Source of the DNA: Gemmatimonadota bacterium
GTDB taxonomy: Bacteria > Gemmatimonadota > Gemmatimonadetes > Palauibacterales > Palauibacteraceae
DNA: 39,471 nucleotides
Assembly: GCA_037383305.1 (NCBI GenBank)
Contig: JARRPA010000002.1
Coordinates: 1 to 39,471 of the forward strand
Direction of reading: 5' to 3'
The position numbers and the translations under genes are program-made. Within the stretch, counting starts at the first letter, position 1. The number at the start of each line of letters is the position of its first letter. Under the pieces are notes generated by a model. It made no database searches, had not been told where the DNA came from, and worked only from the letters and a program-made list of their open reading frames with translations. This document shows, one piece after another, positions 36,571 through 39,471 of the stretch.

Positions 36571-37578
36571 TTACGATTCAAGGTTCGCGTCGGACAAGTC
36601 GCCGGGGGAAAACTCTCCCTGCGCCTTCGATCGTCTCAGTTCGTACGTGCGCTCGGCGTAGGCGGCGTCTTCGACCCACAGGCGGCGCTGAGCCTTCAAG
36701 ATGAACGGGCGTATCATCCCGGCGGCCTTCAGCGCGCGGCGGAACCCGGTTCTGTCGGAGGTGGCGAGCGTCGCTTCGAGGATCGCGGACCGACCGGGCC
36801 CGACCGGAGTGGCGTGCGTCTCGACCACGCTTCCCGTGCCCTCACCGTCCACGATGGTCATGGTGATCGTTCGGGGGTCCGGGCAGTGGAATGTGGCATC
36901 CACTTCGATGCCCAGTCGGTCGCTGATTCCGTATACCACGCGGACCACCAAACGGTCGTCACGGATTCCGATCACGCGGAGCCGCTTGAACGTGTGGGGG
37001 TGATAATGAACTCCGTGCCACGGATCCAGCCGATTGGCGATGACATCCCGAGGCTCACAATTCGCCTCCATCCGCATGACGGAATCGAGGAACACGGCCG
37101 GCCGTTTCGACAGAACGGGGCGGGCGGTCGGTGTCTCTCCCCGCTCGGGGAGACGCACCCAGGCCAGCACGCCATCGTCGTGCGCCTCGAAGGGACACCA
37201 GGCGCCGTGCTTGCCATCGGTCAGCTCGAGACCGTGCCAGGGGCACACGAGCCGACCCTCCAGCACCTTCCCGTCCGAGAGCTTCGCCCCCATGTGCGGG
37301 CAGGCGTCGGGCGCGACCCGGAGAGCGCCGTCCACGCGCCAGGCCACGAGCTCGTGGCCGTCGATCCGGTAGTGTCGAGGCGCTTCCTCGATCGCGGAGG
37401 AAGCGTCGATAGCGAACCAGCCCCCCGTGGGCAAAGCCAGCGCCCGGTCGAGGTGCTCCTGGATCCGGACGGGATTCGCCTGCATCCAGTCCGGTCCCCG
37501 GAGCTCGGCCGGCAGGTGCTCAGGGAGACTCGGAAGGTCCTTCCCGAAGGTCCGTATTCTGGTCATTCCGTCGTTCAC
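36571..37578 (-). CDS. Rieske (2Fe-2S) domain protein with an uncharacterised C-terminal domain (DUF5914-like)
   Basis: The Rieske motif is CPHMGAKL...(17)...CPWHG. The start is GTG 37578 or ATG 37566. I do not recognise the roughly 190 aa C-terminal domain as a classical oxygenase catalytic domain. Confidence 0.85.
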   Translation of the reverse strand: MNDGMTRIRTFGKDLPSLPEHLPAELRGPDWMQANPVRIQEHLDRALALPTGGWFAIDASSAIEEAPRHYRIDGHELVAWRVDGALRVAPDACPHMGAKLSDGKVLEGRLVCPWHGLELTDGKHGAWCPFEAHDDGVLAWVRLPERGETPTARPVLSKRPAVFLDSVMRMEANCEPRDVIANRLDPWHGVHYHPHTFKRLRVIGIRDDRLVVRVVYGISDRLGIEVDATFHCPDPRTITMTIVDGEGTGSVVETHATPVGPGRSAILEATLATSDRTGFRRALKAAGMIRPFILKAQRRLWVEDAAYAERTYELRRSKAQGEFSPGDLSDANLES

Positions 37579-37630
37579 CTCAGCTCGCCTTCGATTCCGC
37601 GTTCGGCGTCACACCGACGCGGGTCAGGCG

Positions 37631-38863
37631 TCAAACTATGCGTCCCTTCCGAGCTGCGCCCGAGATCGGCAACGCCGCGTACTGGCGAATGGTCTCTCCG
37701 ATGAGGGGAGCTGCCGGAAGTGCCGCCATGACTCGCAAGTCGTCCCCGGGACTGCCGCCGTCGAAGAGGAAACGCGCCAGCGCGTCAGGTCGGACTTTCT
37801 CGAACATCCGGAGGAACAGCTCCGGCCCGCGTTCCGGTGTTCGCGCCAGGTAGGAAACGAAGACCCGATCGAGGAACGCCGAGCGACGGGAGTAGTACCT
37901 CGGTGGCTTCGGGGGCTCGCGCGAAGGGTCGGAGGCCCACCCGGCCAGGCAACGGGCCAGTTCTGCGGCGTGCCGCTGGATGGCCAGAAACGCGTAGCCG
38001 GTGGAAGGCCGTGCCGCCCCGCCACGGGTACCCACGTCGATCACGCGGCGAGATTCCGAGCCCTCGATCGGGCGGGGGTCCATCGGGATCGCGCCCGTTT
38101 CGGAATGCAGCACCTCGTATCGGACTACGTCGAGTCGGTTCGCCAGGTAGGCCGATATCGCGTCCTGGTAGCTCCCCACGGTCCTCGGTTGGTTGGAGAA
38201 CCAGGTGTCCTCGACGAGCGCGGTCCGTTCATCGTAGGGCAGTACGTAGAGGAAATGAACGCCGTCCGGACTGGACTCCACGAAATCCATCAGAGTCGCG
38301 ATTCCCGCCTGAAACACGGGCTCGTCGGAGCGCACCGTCTGACCGTGGAAGTGCTGGAGGAGGAAGCCCGGTCCGGTCGCCGATCCGCTCTCGAGATCGA
38401 GCCTCGCACTGCGCGGGCGCGAATCGAGAATCAGGTGGGCCGTCAGCGGTCCCTTGTCCGTGACGGCCACCACGGTATCGCTTTCCGGATTCGACTCCAC
38501 GCGCTCCACGCGGGTCTCGAGTCGCAACTCGACGTTCGGATCAGCCGACAGCAGGGAGACGGCCCGGTCGTAAAAGGCATCGGCGGGCAGGTGCTGGTAC
38601 TCGAGCCCGGGCCAGGATCGATCGATCCGTCGCTCCCGGTCCGCTACCCTCCAGCTGGACCAGCTGTGGGAGACACACGCCTCGAACGGATGTGGGATCA
38701 CGTTCCAGAAACACCAGGTCCGATCGCGCTGGTACCGGGAGCGGGGCTCGACGAGCAGAATACGAAGGGACCGGGTGAGTCCCTGCAGGGAAAGGTGCGC
38801 CGCACAGGAAAGGCCGGCGGCTCCTCCACCGAGGATCAGCAGGTCGGCATCGGGTCGGGTCAG
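37631..38863 (-). CDS. Lycopene cyclase-family (CrtY/CrtL-like) FAD-binding protein; start codon unresolved
   Basis: DADLLILGGGAAGLSCA is a dinucleotide-binding fold at the N-terminus, and the length and pattern fit lycopene beta-cyclase-family proteins. No in-frame ATG, GTG or TTG lies between the SRPBCC stop and the GGG motif. The options are CTG 38863 (CTGA overlap) or TTG 39079 (220 nt overlap). Confidence 0.7.
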   Translation of the reverse strand: MTRPDADLLILGGGAAGLSCAAHLSLQGLTRSLRILLVEPRSRYQRDRTWCFWNVIPHPFEACVSHSWSSWRVADRERRIDRSWPGLEYQHLPADAFYDRAVSLLSADPNVELRLETRVERVESNPESDTVVAVTDKGPLTAHLILDSRPRSARLDLESGSATGPGFLLQHFHGQTVRSDEPVFQAGIATLMDFVESSPDGVHFLYVLPYDERTALVEDTWFSNQPRTVGSYQDAISAYLANRLDVVRYEVLHSETGAIPMDPRPIEGSESRRVIDVGTRGGAARPSTGYAFLAIQRHAAELARCLAGWASDPSREPPKPPRYYSRRSAFLDRVFVSYLARTPERGPELFLRMFEKVRPDALARFLFDGGSPGDDLRVMAALPAAPLIGETIRQYAALPISGAARKGRIV

Positions 38864-39405
38864 CGAGGCCTCCGAATGGCGGGTCTTCCAAGGAGGCGGC
38901 GGAGCACGCGTACCCTGAGCGACCAGGGCTCGCGCCGACCGGCTCCCGTTCCCAGAGAGGATTCCGCCCGATCCAGCGCGTCCTCGATCAGAGCGTGGTG
39001 CAAGGGAGCGTACGCCAACGGCCAGCTCAGCATCGAGAGCCCTCCCGGCCGAGCTTCGAGCCGATGACTGAGCGTGCAACCTTCGCCTTCCGGGAGGACC
39101 GCGAACTCGTGAAAGCCCCGGAGGCCCCGGGGTGCGGTGAAACGGAATCGGACCCTGCGCCCGGGTTCGTATGCCTCGACCTCGTAACGAATCGGTCCGT
39201 GCCCGCCCGAAGCGCCGACCTGCAGCCCCGGATCGAGATGCATGGAAGGCCAGGCGTCACGGGGCCAGAGTCGATCCCGCGGAGTCGCGAGCCCGTCGAT
39301 GAGAGATCCGGCCTCCAATGCGGAGACCGGAAGGGATCTCTGATGGACCGTGCGGATGGTCGCAGTCGGTGCCACGGCGCCCCCGGAATCGTGCATCGAG
39401 GCCAC
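38860..39405 (-). CDS. SRPBCC-superfamily (START / polyketide-cyclase-like) small protein
   Basis: About 180 aa with GPIRYEVEAYEPGRRVRFRFTAPRGLRGFHEFAVLPEGEGCTLSHRLE, typical of SRPBCC ligand-binding folds. The start is GTG 39405 or ATG 39396. Confidence 0.55.
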   Translation of the reverse strand: MASMHDSGGAVAPTATIRTVHQRSLPVSALEAGSLIDGLATPRDRLWPRDAWPSMHLDPGLQVGASGGHGPIRYEVEAYEPGRRVRFRFTAPRGLRGFHEFAVLPEGEGCTLSHRLEARPGGLSMLSWPLAYAPLHHALIEDALDRAESSLGTGAGRREPWSLRVRVLRRLLGRPAIRRPR

Positions 39406-39408
39406 CCG

Positions 39409-39471
39409 CTACTCCAGAGCTCCGAACAGCGTTGTTTCCTGCTCCACGATCGTCCGGCAGTCGGCCTCCGG
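39409..39471 (-). CDS. 3-prime end of an unidentified gene running off the window
   Basis: The minus-strand frame reads PEADCRTIVEQETTLFGALE and ends at TAG (39409-39411), 3 nt before the SRPBCC GTG. Too short to identify. Confidence 0.3.
   Translation of the reverse strand, partial: PEADCRTIVEQETTLFGALE

Noticed and set aside
37427-39067. 546 aa ORF on the plus strand
   Set aside because: It is antisense to the lycopene-cyclase-like and Rieske genes. The composition is Arg/Gly/Pro-rich.
38864-39079. TTG 39079 as the start of the lycopene-cyclase-like gene
   Set aside because: It would overlap 220 nt of the SRPBCC gene, whose frame is clearly the coding one there. I kept it only as an alternative in the start-codon finding.
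1-39471. CRISPR arrays, rRNA/tRNA genes, IS elements, integrases, prophage or toxin-antitoxin and defence islands
   Set aside because: No regularly spaced direct repeats, no transposase- or integrase-like ORFs and no compositional break were visible. Apart from the 1 kb ORF-poor lipoprotein leader region, gene density and GC look uniform. I did not see terminal inverted repeats around the HNH gene.

Overview
High-GC bacterial chromosomal segment with about 40 tightly packed genes on both strands. Many start/stop overlaps (ATGA, GTGA, TTGA) indicate operons. The lipoprotein-rich content loosely suggests a Gemmatimonadota-like organism, but I cannot verify this. Most genes are housekeeping or ordinary metabolism: the 3-prime end of maeB, an HD-domain hydrolase, a PP2C phosphatase, a sigma-70 factor, an HDAC-family deacetylase, a dipeptide epimerase, priA, an HNH endonuclease, tatA, a molybdenum hydroxylase (2Fe-2S and Mo subunits, with the FAD subunit 3.4 kb away), rph, msrA, an aminotransferase, a PPi-type phosphofructokinase, a HAD phosphatase and lon. 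I saw no rRNA, tRNA, CRISPR array, IS element or integrase. The most interesting points are: (1) a translationally coupled exported trio of a lipoprotein metallophosphoesterase, a POTRA-less Omp85-type barrel and a lipoprotein with a protein/lipid-kinase-like signature. It runs without real gaps into (2) a crtT/crtU-like methyltransferase plus FAD oxidoreductase pair, which faces a convergent operon of SRPBCC, lycopene-cyclase-like and Rieske genes (candidate aromatic-carotenoid or terpenoid tailoring module). (3) The orphan FAD subunit carries a Cys-rich insertion like the extra 4Fe-4S loop of 4-hydroxybenzoyl-CoA reductase. (4) At least five genes are frame-disrupted: priA (which also appears to carry internal deletions), two tandem ZIP transporters, a lipoprotein and a CarboxypepD_reg protein. 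This points to either draft-quality consensus or real gene decay. All functional calls come from reading the supplied translations for motifs; no database search was possible.
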